Shown here in pieces: positions 51,513 through 62,085 of a DNA stretch of 64,000 bases. Each line of letters opens with the position of its first letter. The first letter of the stretch is position 1. The position numbers and the translations under genes were made by a program. The notes under the pieces were generated by a model. That model was not told the DNA's origin. It saw only the letters and a list, made by a program, of their open reading frames with translations, and ran no database searches. Source of the DNA: Geopsychrobacteraceae bacterium (GTDB lineage Bacteria > Desulfobacterota > Desulfuromonadia > Desulfuromonadales > Geopsychrobacteraceae); NCBI GenBank assembly GCA_963662315.1, contig OY759353.1:1248001-1312000 (forward strand), in the 5' to 3' direction.

Positions 51513-54500
51513 TTACCAGACCGACTCACGGGTATAAATCAAACGGGGATTGCCCTGAAACAAACCAAAACTCGCCCTGGCCTTGGGATTTTCAGCTCCG
51601 TTTTTAAGCCATTTCAGACCGGCTATGTCGAGATCATAAACCACGTCAACAGTACCACTGTTGCCAGCACCAGGTGCGGACAAAACCATAGTTCCATTGC
51701 TCCCCGACGCAAAGCTGCCACTGCCTGACGCAGCCGACACAAGCGAGCCGGGGTCTTTCGTTAATTGTAAATTTGCTGAGTTTATGGTGGTGCAGGAGTC
51801 GCCGATATTAGCAATAAAGGCACCGTCCTTATAGTATTCTGTCGTGGCCGGAATGGTCAGAGGTAGAGTTTCTGGTCCATAGGCATTCCACAGCTGCAAA
51901 AGACCAAAACGTTGCTCAGTTTTGCCAATGGTACTAAACGTATAGGGGTCGCAGACACCATCGCTATTGACATCATAACAGACATTGTCACTATCGGTCA
52001 GATCGGTGGTGGTCAGAGTAAGGTTAATACTGGTAGCAAAAGGCGCTACTGCTGCAGTCGGTTTATCATAAACAACCGTTTCACCGCTAAGGACAAACAA
52101 TCCCTGACCATCATAATCTTTATCTCCAGACAAAGAGACACTACCTTTGGTTACAATGCCAACGAACAATGTTGGATCCTCGGGATAATGAGCATAACTG
52201 CGTCCAGCCCAGGAGCTGCTCAACTTCCAGAAAAAGCCACCATAATTACCAACGGTTGCCCTTCCGGTTGTCTCTGCCGTAACTTGCAGGCGCGGATCGA
52301 TAAGATACCCGAATGGCTGCCCCAAATAGGTAAAGCCAGTGCCACCACTACCACAGGCATCGGAAAACTCTGGTGAACTCGCTTCTGATAGGCTGAAATA
52401 AGCCGGTATAAAGCGCCCAACCGGTTCACTGACGCGACCAACGACCTTTCCGGTTTCAAGATAGCTGCCGTCTTTCACTTGTGGAGACAAGGTAATTATA
52501 CCAACCTCAGGCCAGCTGAAGGTTCCGCAGGCATAGCCACTAGCGCTCCCCCCCTCACAGTCAGTGCCAAATGCTTCGAAACTCCCTGCTAAAGACGGAT
52601 TGTTCTGGTCTGCCGGCGCGACAAGGGCTGAAGTCAGGCTCACGCCCTCAGGGACCGCTTCGATACCATAATTCGGCGTCACCTTGTCATCGGCATTCCG
52701 CGCTGACACTTCAACTTTAAAAGCTGCTCCGGCCTTGGTAAACACAGCTCCAAACGCATCAGCAGCAGCCGGGTTACCAGGAATCGTCAGGGAAAAATGA
52801 TCTGGACGGGTAATAAACTGATCTTCACCTGTCATGGTCAGCCCTGCGTCCTGACTCGCACTTGTGCCACTATAGGCCGCAACCAGATGGACCTGACCGA
52901 CATCCGGGTATTTCAGCGCCAGGCTACTTTCACCATTGTTATTAAATGACAGTTTGACATTGGTACCGCCAGCTGCGACATCAGTGCCATTAATATTGAC
53001 CCTCATACTACCCGTCGCCGGGTCTGTGTAGCCATAACTGAACGCCAGACTGCGACTGACATTGGCAAAACCAGGCACACATTGCTCTGAAGTCGGATCC
53101 TTGCGAACTGCAGCCAACGTCACATTCTGCGTTGTTGCGCTAACGTGGTCAGGGACGTTAAAAATGAATCCGGAATCATAAAAACTGATATCACAGTCCC
53201 CGGCAACACCATTGTCATAACACGTATAGCCATGGTTCGGAACCGGGCTGATATTGGTAACTCCCAGGGTGACCGTTGCCGGAGTTGTCTGACGCAGATT
53301 GATATAAGCAGATTCCCCGACCATCGTTCCCGCGGCCCCACCGACCCATCCTGGCTGGCCGGTGACCGGGGTCATGGTGAAATAAACGGGATCTGTATAG
53401 GCAACGGCACAATCACTGTCAGCACAGGCCCTGACGACAACCTCGGTTGGCGAACAGGTCAAGCCGCTGCCTAGATGTTCAATGCGCAAGTGATCAAGAT
53501 CGGTTTCGGAACAGACCTGGCAATTGTTACGCTGAGAAGACGTATACAGATAACTAACTTCCTGAGCAGAAAGGGCCGTTCGGGAAACATTAATCTCATC
53601 AAGTAGCCCCTTAAACACTTTGAGCTGGCTTGGACCATAATACAGGTTACCAATGTGCAGATCCGAATTATAGCCGGGAATACGCGTTGAAGATTCTTTG
53701 GCCGTGCGATCCAGAACCCCATTAATATAGATCTTAGCACGCTCATTTTCTGGGAGATTACCATCAAAAACTACAGCGAAATGGGTCCAGGTATCTTCAG
53801 GGATGGCTGAATTGGAGCTAAAACGATTATTCTCTGTATCAAGATCTACATAAAGCTTCCCATCTTGTAGAACACTGTAAAAAAATACGCCAAAAGCTGC
53901 CTGATCGGAAGGAGCGTTGCGCTTGGAGATAACCCCACGCGCATTTCCGGTAGGAGGAGGATTACGAATGGACAGCGGGTTCATCCAACCGGAAATGGTC
54001 AGGACATCGGTATCATCAAACTGGTCCTGATCATCAATAGTGATATAGTCATCGACTCCGTCAAAAATAGCTGCATTACAAACCTTACCCGCACCAATTT
54101 CGAGAGGCCCGTTTTGAACCGTTCCGTCAAACCCATTACCACTGTCGTCAATAATAACGTCGGTTTCTGTACACAGATCAAAACGATACTCAGCAACGGG
54201 AGGAGTCAAACAGTAATGAGTTTCTGCCTGCAAAGCCTCAATTGAAGCAACATCTAAAGCACCTTCATGAACCCTGACTTCATCGATATTCCCCTCAAAG
54301 CGATAGGTGCTTTCAGCCGAAAGAATATTTTCTCCGCCTATGGACGCAGAACCGCTATCGTACCCCCATGAGCCAGTATAACTGCCACTGGCAACCGTCA
54401 GCTGGTTACCGGACTGATCATAGACGTATATTTTTTTAAGATGATGGCTTATATCTGCAACGGCAGCGACAAAATACCAGGTATCATTCTGAATTACTGC

Positions 54501-55763
54501 GCTTGTATCAAGAGAAATAGGATTGGTGCTTCTGGAGAAAAAGCGAACCTGACCCGTTCCGCCATCAGCAACACTAAAGCCAATCCCCTGACTATTGTTA
54601 GGATCGTCAATAAAAATACGCTGATGCCCCCTGGCATTATTGCGTGTTCTGATCCATGCGGTAATAGTAAAATCAGATGTCAGATTAGGATAAGAAGCGG
54701 GCAAAGAGACATAATCATTATCACCATCAAAATCTGCATAGGCGCAGGTGCCTGGGTTACCGGGAACGGCCGGGGAAGTTATCTTGGTTGTTACACCGTT
54801 AACAGCAGTTGCATGATAATCGTTACCACTACTGTCGACAATTTCGTTAGCGTTACCGTACCATGCACTTTCATCAAAATGATAAAAGGCTTCTGGGCTT
54901 GTTGCTCCGCCCTCACAAAAGGCCCCCCCGTCTAACGACGTAACTCCCGACGGCGAGTAAACAACTCTGGCATCGCTAGCCAGTAGCGTGATATCTCCAG
55001 CAGCAGCTATTGCACCTTCAAAGTAGCTATTATTGGCCAGACGGACGTCCCCTGCGCCATAGAGCAACAACCTACTCTGATTGTCTTGAACTTTATAATT
55101 AATTGCTCCGTAACCAACGATAAGCAGTTTTTCAACAGAACCTCCGGAATTGATACGACCATCCCAGGTCATATTGAGGTCCGAATTAATGAAGAGTCTT
55201 GCAGTACCATTACCTTCTACGATAATTGAATTTTCAGTTGAAAAGATAAACTTTTCAATCCAATAATCATGGCCTCCCTGAAGTACAAGTTGATCCTGAT
55301 AACCCAAATCAAGTTCAGAAATATAGTATTCTGAATAGGCTCCATTATCTCTTATAGTTGTTCCATTTCCATTTGACCTGATTTTCAAGTAAGATTGATT
55401 ATCCAAACTGTACGTACCATATCCGTATGGCAAATCAACATCATACGCAGTTGTCGTTGTTTTGAATACAGGCAAGATAACACCTGCAGCAGAATTACCA
55501 CTAGCGGTGCAGTCAACGCTTCCACACGTAGCAACTCCAGCGCTATTAAATGTAATAGCATGTGCCGTTTCGAGTTGGTTGTCTGGATCATTCAATACCT
55601 GACCATTCCAATAAATCGCTATATGGCCACTATCTGTAGAATTTTGTAAGGCACTTGAAAATATAGACGCACAGGTTCCAGCATGCAATTGAGGAACAAA
55701 GAAACAATATAAATTTCCAACTATCAGACCAATGACAACCAGTAACTTCACAGTCCCTCTCAT
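51513..55763 (-). CDS. mshQ: MshQ-like pilus adhesin (two LamG-like domains plus DUF6701-like C-terminus)
   Basis: Signal peptide; two LamG-like units (FTITAWI...WYFVA...FEGNIDEVRV; LTISGWM...WTHFAV...FKGLLDEINV); GRFIPAYF, FTYLGQPF, NAYGPE, RASFG...IYTRE; last gene of the msh cluster. Confidence 0.85.
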   Translation of the reverse strand: MRGTVKLLVVIGLIVGNLYCFFVPQLHAGTCASIFSSALQNSTDSGHIAIYWNGQVLNDPDNQLETAHAITFNSAGVATCGSVDCTASGNSAAGVILPVFKTTTTAYDVDLPYGYGTYSLDNQSYLKIRSNGNGTTIRDNGAYSEYYISELDLGYQDQLVLQGGHDYWIEKFIFSTENSIIVEGNGTARLFINSDLNMTWDGRINSGGSVEKLLIVGYGAINYKVQDNQSRLLLYGAGDVRLANNSYFEGAIAAAGDITLLASDARVVYSPSGVTSLDGGAFCEGGATSPEAFYHFDESAWYGNANEIVDSSGNDYHATAVNGVTTKITSPAVPGNPGTCAYADFDGDNDYVSLPASYPNLTSDFTITAWIRTRNNARGHQRIFIDDPNNSQGIGFSVADGGTGQVRFFSRSTNPISLDTSAVIQNDTWYFVAAVADISHHLKKIYVYDQSGNQLTVASGSYTGSWGYDSGSASIGGENILSAESTYRFEGNIDEVRVHEGALDVASIEALQAETHYCLTPPVAEYRFDLCTETDVIIDDSGNGFDGTVQNGPLEIGAGKVCNAAIFDGVDDYITIDDQDQFDDTDVLTISGWMNPLSIRNPPPTGNARGVISKRNAPSDQAAFGVFFYSVLQDGKLYVDLDTENNRFSSNSAIPEDTWTHFAVVFDGNLPENERAKIYINGVLDRTAKESSTRIPGYNSDLHIGNLYYGPSQLKVFKGLLDEINVSRTALSAQEVSYLYTSSQRNNCQVCSETDLDHLRIEHLGSGLTCSPTEVVVRACADSDCAVAYTDPVYFTMTPVTGQPGWVGGAAGTMVGESAYINLRQTTPATVTLGVTNISPVPNHGYTCYDNGVAGDCDISFYDSGFIFNVPDHVSATTQNVTLAAVRKDPTSEQCVPGFANVSRSLAFSYGYTDPATGSMRVNINGTDVAAGGTNVKLSFNNNGESSLALKYPDVGQVHLVAAYSGTSASQDAGLTMTGEDQFITRPDHFSLTIPGNPAAADAFGAVFTKAGAAFKVEVSARNADDKVTPNYGIEAVPEGVSLTSALVAPADQNNPSLAGSFEAFGTDCEGGSASGYACGTFSWPEVGIITLSPQVKDGSYLETGKVVGRVSEPVGRFIPAYFSLSEASSPEFSDACGSGGTGFTYLGQPFGYLIDPRLQVTAETTGRATVGNYGGFFWKLSSSWAGRSYAHYPEDPTLFVGIVTKGSVSLSGDKDYDGQGLFVLSGETVVYDKPTAAVAPFATSINLTLTTTDLTDSDNVCYDVNSDGVCDPYTFSTIGKTEQRFGLLQLWNAYGPETLPLTIPATTEYYKDGAFIANIGDSCTTINSANLQLTKDPGSLVSAASGSGSFASGSNGTMVLSAPGAGNSGTVDVVYDLDIAGLKWLKNGAENPKARASFGLFQGNPRLIYTRESVW

Positions 55764-56156
55764 TTAGCGAATTCGACGCTCAAGTTTACGTGAGACAAAA
55801 TCAACGTTGCCAAAACTACTGTAAGTCGCTTCGGAAGTGATGTGAAAAATGACATAAGATCCAAGAGAAGCTTCATTGGAAGCTTCACTATCACAATAAA
55901 CCTTAACATTAAAGCTAGCGATAACGAAGGTCCCTGTACAAGAGTTTCCATTCAAAGCTCTGACTGTTCCCCATTCAAGGCCGCTTTGAGCTGCCTGATA
56001 TGCCCTTGCTTGTTGGACAGCAAGGGTTGAGGTTGCACTTTGTCCCCCTAAAAGACGGACCATGGCTGCACCCAGCAAGGCCAAAACGACCAGAATAAAA
56101 ATCGCCTGCACGAGCGTAAAGCCCCGTTGATCTGAAATAAAACACTTCGTATTCAT
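55764..56156 (-). CDS. mshP: MSHA minor pilin MshP (PilX-like)
   Basis: QRGFTLVQAIFILVVL (no Glu5), ARAYQAAQSGLEWG, FVSRKL. Confidence 0.85.
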   Translation of the reverse strand: MNTKCFISDQRGFTLVQAIFILVVLALLGAAMVRLLGGQSATSTLAVQQARAYQAAQSGLEWGTVRALNGNSCTGTFVIASFNVKVYCDSEASNEASLGSYVIFHITSEATYSSFGNVDFVSRKLERRIR

Positions 56157-56959
56157 GGCGTATTCACCACATGCACCTGCTGAATCAATGTTACCGACTC
56201 CCCGGCTTCCGTCAGGGTCAAGCGTAAAGAAACCAGGCCAGCTCTTTCAGTGGTACCAGGGTCATAACTAAAGGTACAAGCAGCCACATTGGGACTTACC
56301 AGAGAAGCTGCCTTTGCTGGAGTAAGCGATTGAGCAGCAGGAATGCCATAGTTATCATAGCGTATCAGCTGCCCTCCCGAACAAACATAACTGACCGCTT
56401 CATCAACGACAAAAAAGCGCTGATAAGGGGACTGCAGGGGAAATTGGAAAGCTGGACCAAGCTCGATATTCGCTACTGTACTAGCGGCTCCAATGGGGCT
56501 GCGATTGTCTCCGCCATAGGCATTACCCGTAGCACCGCCCGCAGCAACATTATAGACAACGATAAATTGGCCAGCACCCGGAGCGCGTGACAGGCTACCC
56601 AGTACATCGAAACTGCTATCGGCAGCTGAAAAATCCAGCACATCTCCATTACCAGCACTATCCTGGTAACGGCGGTAGCGCCCGCCATCGGTTGTATTAA
56701 TAAACTCAAGGGCAGTCCCCCCGCCACCGATACGAATGCTGTTGGGTAAAGCCGAACGAATATCGCGCTGCATGCGCCTGAGGGCCAGATCAGCCTGATC
56801 CACCAGACGAGTCCGCCGGACCAGGTCCATATAGCCGCTGACCGGCGCGACAATCAGCTTGCCCCCCAAGGCACTGAGGATGCCAACAATGACAATCACC
56901 ACCACCAGTTCAACCAAAGTAAATCCAGCCCGTGGGCTATGGGATGAATGTCTGCTCAT
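56153..56959 (-). CDS. mshO: MSHA minor pilin MshO
   Basis: GFTLVELVVVI, RDIRSALPNSIR, SPYQRFF, QQVHVVNTP. Confidence 0.9.
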   Translation of the reverse strand: MSRHSSHSPRAGFTLVELVVVIVIVGILSALGGKLIVAPVSGYMDLVRRTRLVDQADLALRRMQRDIRSALPNSIRIGGGGTALEFINTTDGGRYRRYQDSAGNGDVLDFSAADSSFDVLGSLSRAPGAGQFIVVYNVAAGGATGNAYGGDNRSPIGAASTVANIELGPAFQFPLQSPYQRFFVVDEAVSYVCSGGQLIRYDNYGIPAAQSLTPAKAASLVSPNVAACTFSYDPGTTERAGLVSLRLTLTEAGESVTLIQQVHVVNTP

Positions 56960-56965
56960 AAGCCC

Positions 56966-57436
56966 TCAGTAACGACAGCGATAACCGGTAAGAGTCAAAC
57001 TTTGCCCGGCCGGGTCAATAACTGTGACGCGCACCTGAAGAGTGTCCACCTCTTTTCCGGTCGGACCTAAACCTGCATTTAATGCCACCACCCCCACTTG
57101 AACCTGATAACTCTTCAGCCCTAAAATAATGTTCCCCAAAGAATCCCTTACCTTGTTGTCGGGGAGATTATTATAGTCGCTAACATCATCAAACTGGGCA
57201 CGGGCGACTTCGTTCACGCCATCAGGATCGACAACCTCCTTCAGCAGTATTTCCTCTAAATATGATTCCGCTATGGCCAGCGCCTGGCGCTCTAAGACCG
57301 GATCTGCTGAATGACTGGTCGCATAGTTGATAACCAGCAAAACCCCGCTAAGAGCAATTGAAATAACGACCATGGCGACGATTAACTCGACCAACGTCAA
57401 ACCACGAGCATTGCTTTGGGACAAGGCCTTTACCAT
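56966..57436 (-). CDS. mshD: MSHA minor pilin MshD
   Basis: GLTLVELIVAM, SADP, SYLEEIL, FDDVSDYN, LTGYR. Confidence 0.88.
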   Translation of the reverse strand: MVKALSQSNARGLTLVELIVAMVVISIALSGVLLVINYATSHSADPVLERQALAIAESYLEEILLKEVVDPDGVNEVARAQFDDVSDYNNLPDNKVRDSLGNIILGLKSYQVQVGVVALNAGLGPTGKEVDTLQVRVTVIDPAGQSLTLTGYRCRY

Positions 57437-57437
57437 G

Positions 57438-57872
57438 TCACAGTTCTCTCGCATAACCGGTCTCTGCAACGACAGAAAATTTGTAAGTCCCCACTGTTAC
57501 AGCTACAGCAGCAGAGCTTCGTCCCATGGCATCAAAAAGAAAAGTCGTTACCGGTTCAATCTTCACAGCGGGAAAATTCGCAGCGTTGAAAGGATGTTGA
57601 TTGGAGATGGTGACAAAATTTCCGGCACTGCAGGAATTCGCATGTTGTTGGAGGTCATAGCCCGCTGCTGTCAGCTTAACCTGTACCTCGCATCCGGTGG
57701 CAACAGCAAGTTTTTGGGCATAACGAACGGCGTTGAGAACCTCGTCATAGGCAGCTCGATCGCGATATGTTGAACCATCAAGAAAAAGGGAAAACGAAAC
57801 GACTGAAAGAACGGAAAGAAGAAGAATAACCACAACAAGCTCAACAAGAGTAAACCCTTTGTCGTTTTTCAT
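57438..57872 (-). CDS. mshC: MSHA minor pilin MshC
   Basis: GFTLVELVVVI, VRYAQKLAV, FDAMGR, ETGY; start MKNDKG at 57872. Confidence 0.85.
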   Translation of the reverse strand: MKNDKGFTLVELVVVILLLSVLSVVSFSLFLDGSTYRDRAAYDEVLNAVRYAQKLAVATGCEVQVKLTAAGYDLQQHANSCSAGNFVTISNQHPFNAANFPAVKIEPVTTFLFDAMGRSSAAVAVTVGTYKFSVVAETGYAREL

Positions 57873-57973
57873 CTTCCAACCCTTCATGGATGATGAGATA
57901 GAAAGACCCCTGTCTTCTATCTCATCATCGCCCAACTAATAAGCTTACTACCTAAACCGAAATCTAAAAAACA

Positions 57974-58399
57974 TTAATTTCCGGCAGCAATTAAATGGAA
58001 AGTGACAGCAGGGTTAAAAACAACTCCAGCTTTTGCTAACGTGCAAGTCGTAGAAGCACCATTAGCTGCTGCTGCTCCAGCGCAACTTAAAGTGTAATCA
58101 CTTGGCCAATTTTCCTGCAAAACTTTTTCGACTTCCGTGACAATTGTTGCCGAAGTAGCACCAGCGGCAATGGATACCTGTACACATTTATTTGCGGTTA
58201 CCACATTACCTGTAACCAGGCAACCAGCATAATTCAAAGACATTGCACTTGCCGCTCCGCCGGCAACACCTTCGGCGGAAGCTTGTTCCGCATCTTGTTG
58301 AATATCAATAAACTTCGGCACAGCAACAGCCGCCAGAATACCCAGAATAACAATAACCACAACCAGCTCGATCAGCGTAAAACCATTTTGATTTTTCAT
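57974..58399 (-). CDS. mshA: MSHA major pilin
   Basis: QNG|FTLIELVVVIVILGILAAVAVPKFIDIQQDA, MshA-type N-terminus; four Cys. Confidence 0.85.
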   Translation of the reverse strand: MKNQNGFTLIELVVVIVILGILAAVAVPKFIDIQQDAEQASAEGVAGGAASAMSLNYAGCLVTGNVVTANKCVQVSIAAGATSATIVTEVEKVLQENWPSDYTLSCAGAAAANGASTTCTLAKAGVVFNPAVTFHLIAAGN

Positions 58400-58450
58400 C
58401 TTTCCTTGTTCTCCTTGTCATTAATAAAAGATATAAAGGTCTATAGGTCG

Positions 58451-58999
58451 TCAGTCCCACGGCCGTAACCAGCGGTAAGACTCCTGCTCCTTTAGTTCCA
58501 ATCCACTGATGCGTCTTATGCCCCGAGTGGATTTTTGTTCGGCAAAAACCGGTTCAATCCTGAACCGTGCTACTTTGCTACTTTTGAGCGCAGATTCAAA
58601 ATAAAGGGTGTTGCGAACCTGGTAATTCAATATCCCCTGCTGCGGGTCGTAAAACCATGAACCCTTGGCCGCCTGCCCCATAGCTGCCGAAGATACCTCT
58701 CCGACATAATTATCCGGTTTGTCTTTCAACAGATCGACGGGGTTACTGCCAATCAATGTTTTCAGTATGTCTTTATCCCCTGAGACATAAGCTTTGGCCA
58801 CCTGCATGCTGACCGCGCTGCGCATCACCCCGAGGTTATAAGCCATGGTTGTTTGCTCAATATCAACCAGGAGCTTATAGTAGTAACTAAGTGCAACAAC
58901 GCCAATAATACTAATGAAAAAAATAACAACCATGGCTTCCAACAAAGAGAAGCCACCATAGTTCTTGGAGTATCTAAATTTATTTTTATTAATATTCAC
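58451..58999 (-). CDS. Prepilin-like MSHA-associated protein (MshF-like position)
   Basis: GFSLLEAMVVI type IV leader; NP..LL...PDNY.GE and WFYD motifs; lies between mshG and mshA; GTG start. Confidence 0.7.
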   Translation of the reverse strand: MNINKNKFRYSKNYGGFSLLEAMVVIFFISIIGVVALSYYYKLLVDIEQTTMAYNLGVMRSAVSMQVAKAYVSGDKDILKTLIGSNPVDLLKDKPDNYVGEVSSAAMGQAAKGSWFYDPQQGILNYQVRNTLYFESALKSSKVARFRIEPVFAEQKSTRGIRRISGLELKEQESYRWLRPWD

Positions 59000-59033
59000 T
59001 TATTTTTAAGTTTTGATCAATAGTTTTTTTTAA

Positions 59034-60257
59034 TTATTTTGCAATGCTTGCCAAATTCCACATGGGCAAGAACACACCAAGGGCCAAAACCAGTACCATC
59101 CCACCAATAATCACAATCATGATCGGTTCAATAGCACTCGACAGGTTTTTCAGATCATAGTCAACTTCGCGCTCATAAAACTGAGCCACATCTTCAAGCA
59201 TGGTATCAACAGATCCCGATTCTTCGCCAACCGCGAGCATCTGCAATACCAGGGGGGTGAAGATCCCGGTTTGCGTCGCACTACGCGTCAACGTATCACC
59301 ACGCTCTATGCCGTTGCGAATCGCTTCTATCTTTTCAGCGATATAGCTGTTATTAACCGCCCGAGCTGTGAATCCCAAAGCCTGGGACAGTGGAATCCCC
59401 GCCGTATAGCTCATATTGAACCCGCGCGAAAAACGCACCAAAGTTGAGCGTAAAATAATATCGCCGACCAACGGTAACCTAAGTTTATAACGATCCCAGG
59501 TATAGCACCCACCAGGGGTTTTCAGCCATTGGCGGATGACCATGACCAACACAACAATGCCCAGACCGAGCAAATACCAGTAACTGACCATAAACCCGGA
59601 CAGTCCCATCAGAATCCGGGTCGGTAATGGTAACTGTGCCCCGGCACTGGCAAAGACCTTTTCAAAAGCGGGAATAACAAACAGACTGATAAAAGTTATG
59701 GCAACGGCAATCGCAATCAACACAAAAGTGGGATAGCGCAAAGCAGCCTTAACCCGGCTGATGGTTTCTTTTTCGCGCTCATAAAAGATCGACAATTCAA
59801 GAAACACCTCATCCAGTTTGCCGGTGCCCTCACCAACCTGAACCATACGGCACAACAAGGGCGGGAAAACATCGACATTGCGGCTGAAGGCCCCGGAAAG
59901 ATCCATCCCGGATTCCAGATCATCAACCACCTGAGCCAGGGCACTACCCAAGGTGGGGTTACGTGCCGTATCGACCAGCCCACGTATAGCTCTGACCAAG
60001 GGAACACCACTCGAATTCAGGGTATACATTTGCCGACAGAACAGAATCAGGTCATCAACGCCGACCTTCTTGGAACGCTTGAATAAAGTCAGGTTATTAA
60101 TACCCGCCGCTTTTTTTTGCGCGATTTCAACAATACTGATAGGAATCGCTCCCTGCCCCTGAAGCTGGGTTGCAAGGAGTTCGCTGGACAGGGCTTCGAC
60201 CTCACCTTCGACGAGCTGTCCATCAGCATCTTTGACTTTATAGCGATATAGCGGCAT
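59034..60257 (-). CDS. mshG: Pilus inner-membrane platform (GspF/PilC family)
   Basis: LFCRQMYTL..SGVP, VGEGTGKLD, ALRYP, VGEESG, IEPIM, LPMW. Confidence 0.92.
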   Translation of the reverse strand: MPLYRYKVKDADGQLVEGEVEALSSELLATQLQGQGAIPISIVEIAQKKAAGINNLTLFKRSKKVGVDDLILFCRQMYTLNSSGVPLVRAIRGLVDTARNPTLGSALAQVVDDLESGMDLSGAFSRNVDVFPPLLCRMVQVGEGTGKLDEVFLELSIFYEREKETISRVKAALRYPTFVLIAIAVAITFISLFVIPAFEKVFASAGAQLPLPTRILMGLSGFMVSYWYLLGLGIVVLVMVIRQWLKTPGGCYTWDRYKLRLPLVGDIILRSTLVRFSRGFNMSYTAGIPLSQALGFTARAVNNSYIAEKIEAIRNGIERGDTLTRSATQTGIFTPLVLQMLAVGEESGSVDTMLEDVAQFYEREVDYDLKNLSSAIEPIMIVIIGGMVLVLALGVFLPMWNLASIAK

Positions 60258-60295
60258 AGCCTATGTCCTAGAAATATACAGCTTCAATTAACGGC

Positions 60296-62065
60296 TCAGG
60301 CAGATGGGACACTGAGCTGTTGAGTAGCATTCGGTACTGTTTCATCAAGTTGTCCAGCGATCCTCAAGACCTCATCCATGGTGGTTATCCCCTGCCCGGC
60401 CAGCTGCAGCGCGCTATCAGCCAAGCTGAAGAAACTTTTGGATTGCTGGGCAAAAGCAGCAAAACTGGCACTGTCATTCCGCCGCAGCGCATCTGCCAGA
60501 TCAAATCCGATTTCGAGCAACTCAAAAATACCGATTCGGCCGCTATACCCGGTATTGTTACACAAGGGACAACCTCTCCCTTTGCGAAACCGTGTACCCG
60601 GAGCTATGGCAACTTTACCATGATAAGAAGCGAGCCAGCTCTGCACTCCTGGTTCCAGGTCATCATCCGCTTCACAAGAGCTACAAATACGTCGGACCAG
60701 GCGCTGAGCCAACACCGCGCGCAGCGAACTGGCGACAACATAGCCTTCGGTGCCCATTTCAATCAGGCGCAATGCGGTGCTGATGGAATCATTGGTATGC
60801 AGAGTCGAAAGCACCAGGTGACCGGTCATGGCGGCACGCAGGGCAATATCGCTGGTCTCCTTGTCCCGCATCTCACCGACCATGACAATATCAGGGTCCT
60901 GACGCAATCCGGCACGCAGCACCCTGGCAAAGTCGAGACCGATTTTCGGATGAACCTGAACCTGATTGATGCGTGGCAGACGGTATTCAACCGGGTCCTC
61001 AACGGTGATAATCTTTTTTTCCTGCCTGTTGAGTTCGTTTAAAGCACCATACAGTGTTGTTGTTTTACCACTTCCGGTTGGCCCGGTAACCAGCACCAGA
61101 CCATGGGGCTGATGCAACTGCCGACGAAAACGGGCCAACAAAGACGCATCCATGCCAACCTGCTCAAGCTGTAAAAGACCACCAGACTGATCAAGCAGAC
61201 GCATAACCACCGATTCGCCATATTGCAACGGCATGGTCGACAGACGGATATCGATACTACGCCCCTTGACACGCACATTAAAGCGTCCATCCTGCGGCAA
61301 GCGCCGCTCCGAGATATCCAGGCCACAAACAAGCTTGAGACGCGATACCAATGCCGGAGCGATGCGTTTTTCTTTCATCACCTGCTCATGCAGTATGCCA
61401 TCGATACGTTGACGGATACGCAGCACTTTTTCATCCGGCTCAATATGGATATCGGACGCACCAATCTGGACAGCATCTTCAAACAGGGAACGCAACAGAC
61501 GCACAACCGGCGCATCCTCAACAGCGGTTTCGGTCAGCAATTGCTCGAGAGTGCTGTCCCCCTGCGAAAGTTCTTCCCCCAATTCCTCAGCAATGGAGAC
61601 AATTTCCTGAGTCCGCCGATAGACCGTATCCAACGCTTTAAGCAATTCAGATTCAAAGACAACTGCAGGGCTTACCGGTTTTTTGAGGATTTTGGCCAGT
61701 TCGTCATAGGCATAAATATCCGTCGGATCAGCCATTCCAACCAGAAAGCGCTGGGGCTCCTGCTTAAGAACCATGGCCCGATAGCGCCGGGCCGCCGTTT
61801 CCGGTAGTAACCGTACCGTATCCGCATGGTAATTGTAGTGTTTCAGATCGATAAAGGGCAGGTTAAGCTGACTGGCAAGAAATTCATGAAACTGCTGTGA
61901 TGTAACCAACCCGAGATCAACCAGGGTGTTCCCGAGCTTACTGCCACTTTTTTTCTGCGCGGCAAGAGCGCTCATCAACTGTTCCTCGGTGATGATGCCG
62001 TTTTTAACCAGCAACTCACCAATTCTGATTTTCTTACGTGGCCCTGGAGCCGTATCAACCATCAT
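60296..62065 (-). CDS. mshE: MSHA assembly ATPase with N-terminal MshEN domain
   Basis: RIGELLVKNGII...ALAAQ (MshEN), ASDIHIEP, GPTGSGKTTT, LRQDPD, TGHLVLSTLH, CxxC pairs; start 62065 or 62062. Confidence 0.94.
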   Translation of the reverse strand: MMVDTAPGPRKKIRIGELLVKNGIITEEQLMSALAAQKKSGSKLGNTLVDLGLVTSQQFHEFLASQLNLPFIDLKHYNYHADTVRLLPETAARRYRAMVLKQEPQRFLVGMADPTDIYAYDELAKILKKPVSPAVVFESELLKALDTVYRRTQEIVSIAEELGEELSQGDSTLEQLLTETAVEDAPVVRLLRSLFEDAVQIGASDIHIEPDEKVLRIRQRIDGILHEQVMKEKRIAPALVSRLKLVCGLDISERRLPQDGRFNVRVKGRSIDIRLSTMPLQYGESVVMRLLDQSGGLLQLEQVGMDASLLARFRRQLHQPHGLVLVTGPTGSGKTTTLYGALNELNRQEKKIITVEDPVEYRLPRINQVQVHPKIGLDFARVLRAGLRQDPDIVMVGEMRDKETSDIALRAAMTGHLVLSTLHTNDSISTALRLIEMGTEGYVVASSLRAVLAQRLVRRICSSCEADDDLEPGVQSWLASYHGKVAIAPGTRFRKGRGCPLCNNTGYSGRIGIFELLEIGFDLADALRRNDSASFAAFAQQSKSFFSLADSALQLAGQGITTMDEVLRIAGQLDETVPNATQQLSVPSA

Positions 62066-62085
62066 CGTAATAAGTCCCCTGAGTA

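Noticed and set aside
57974..58399. MshA as a conductive e-pilin
   Set aside because: The mature pilin is about 135 aa with only 7 F/Y/W residues and a roughly 40-residue aromatic-free gap, unlike short aromatic-dense Geobacter PilA.
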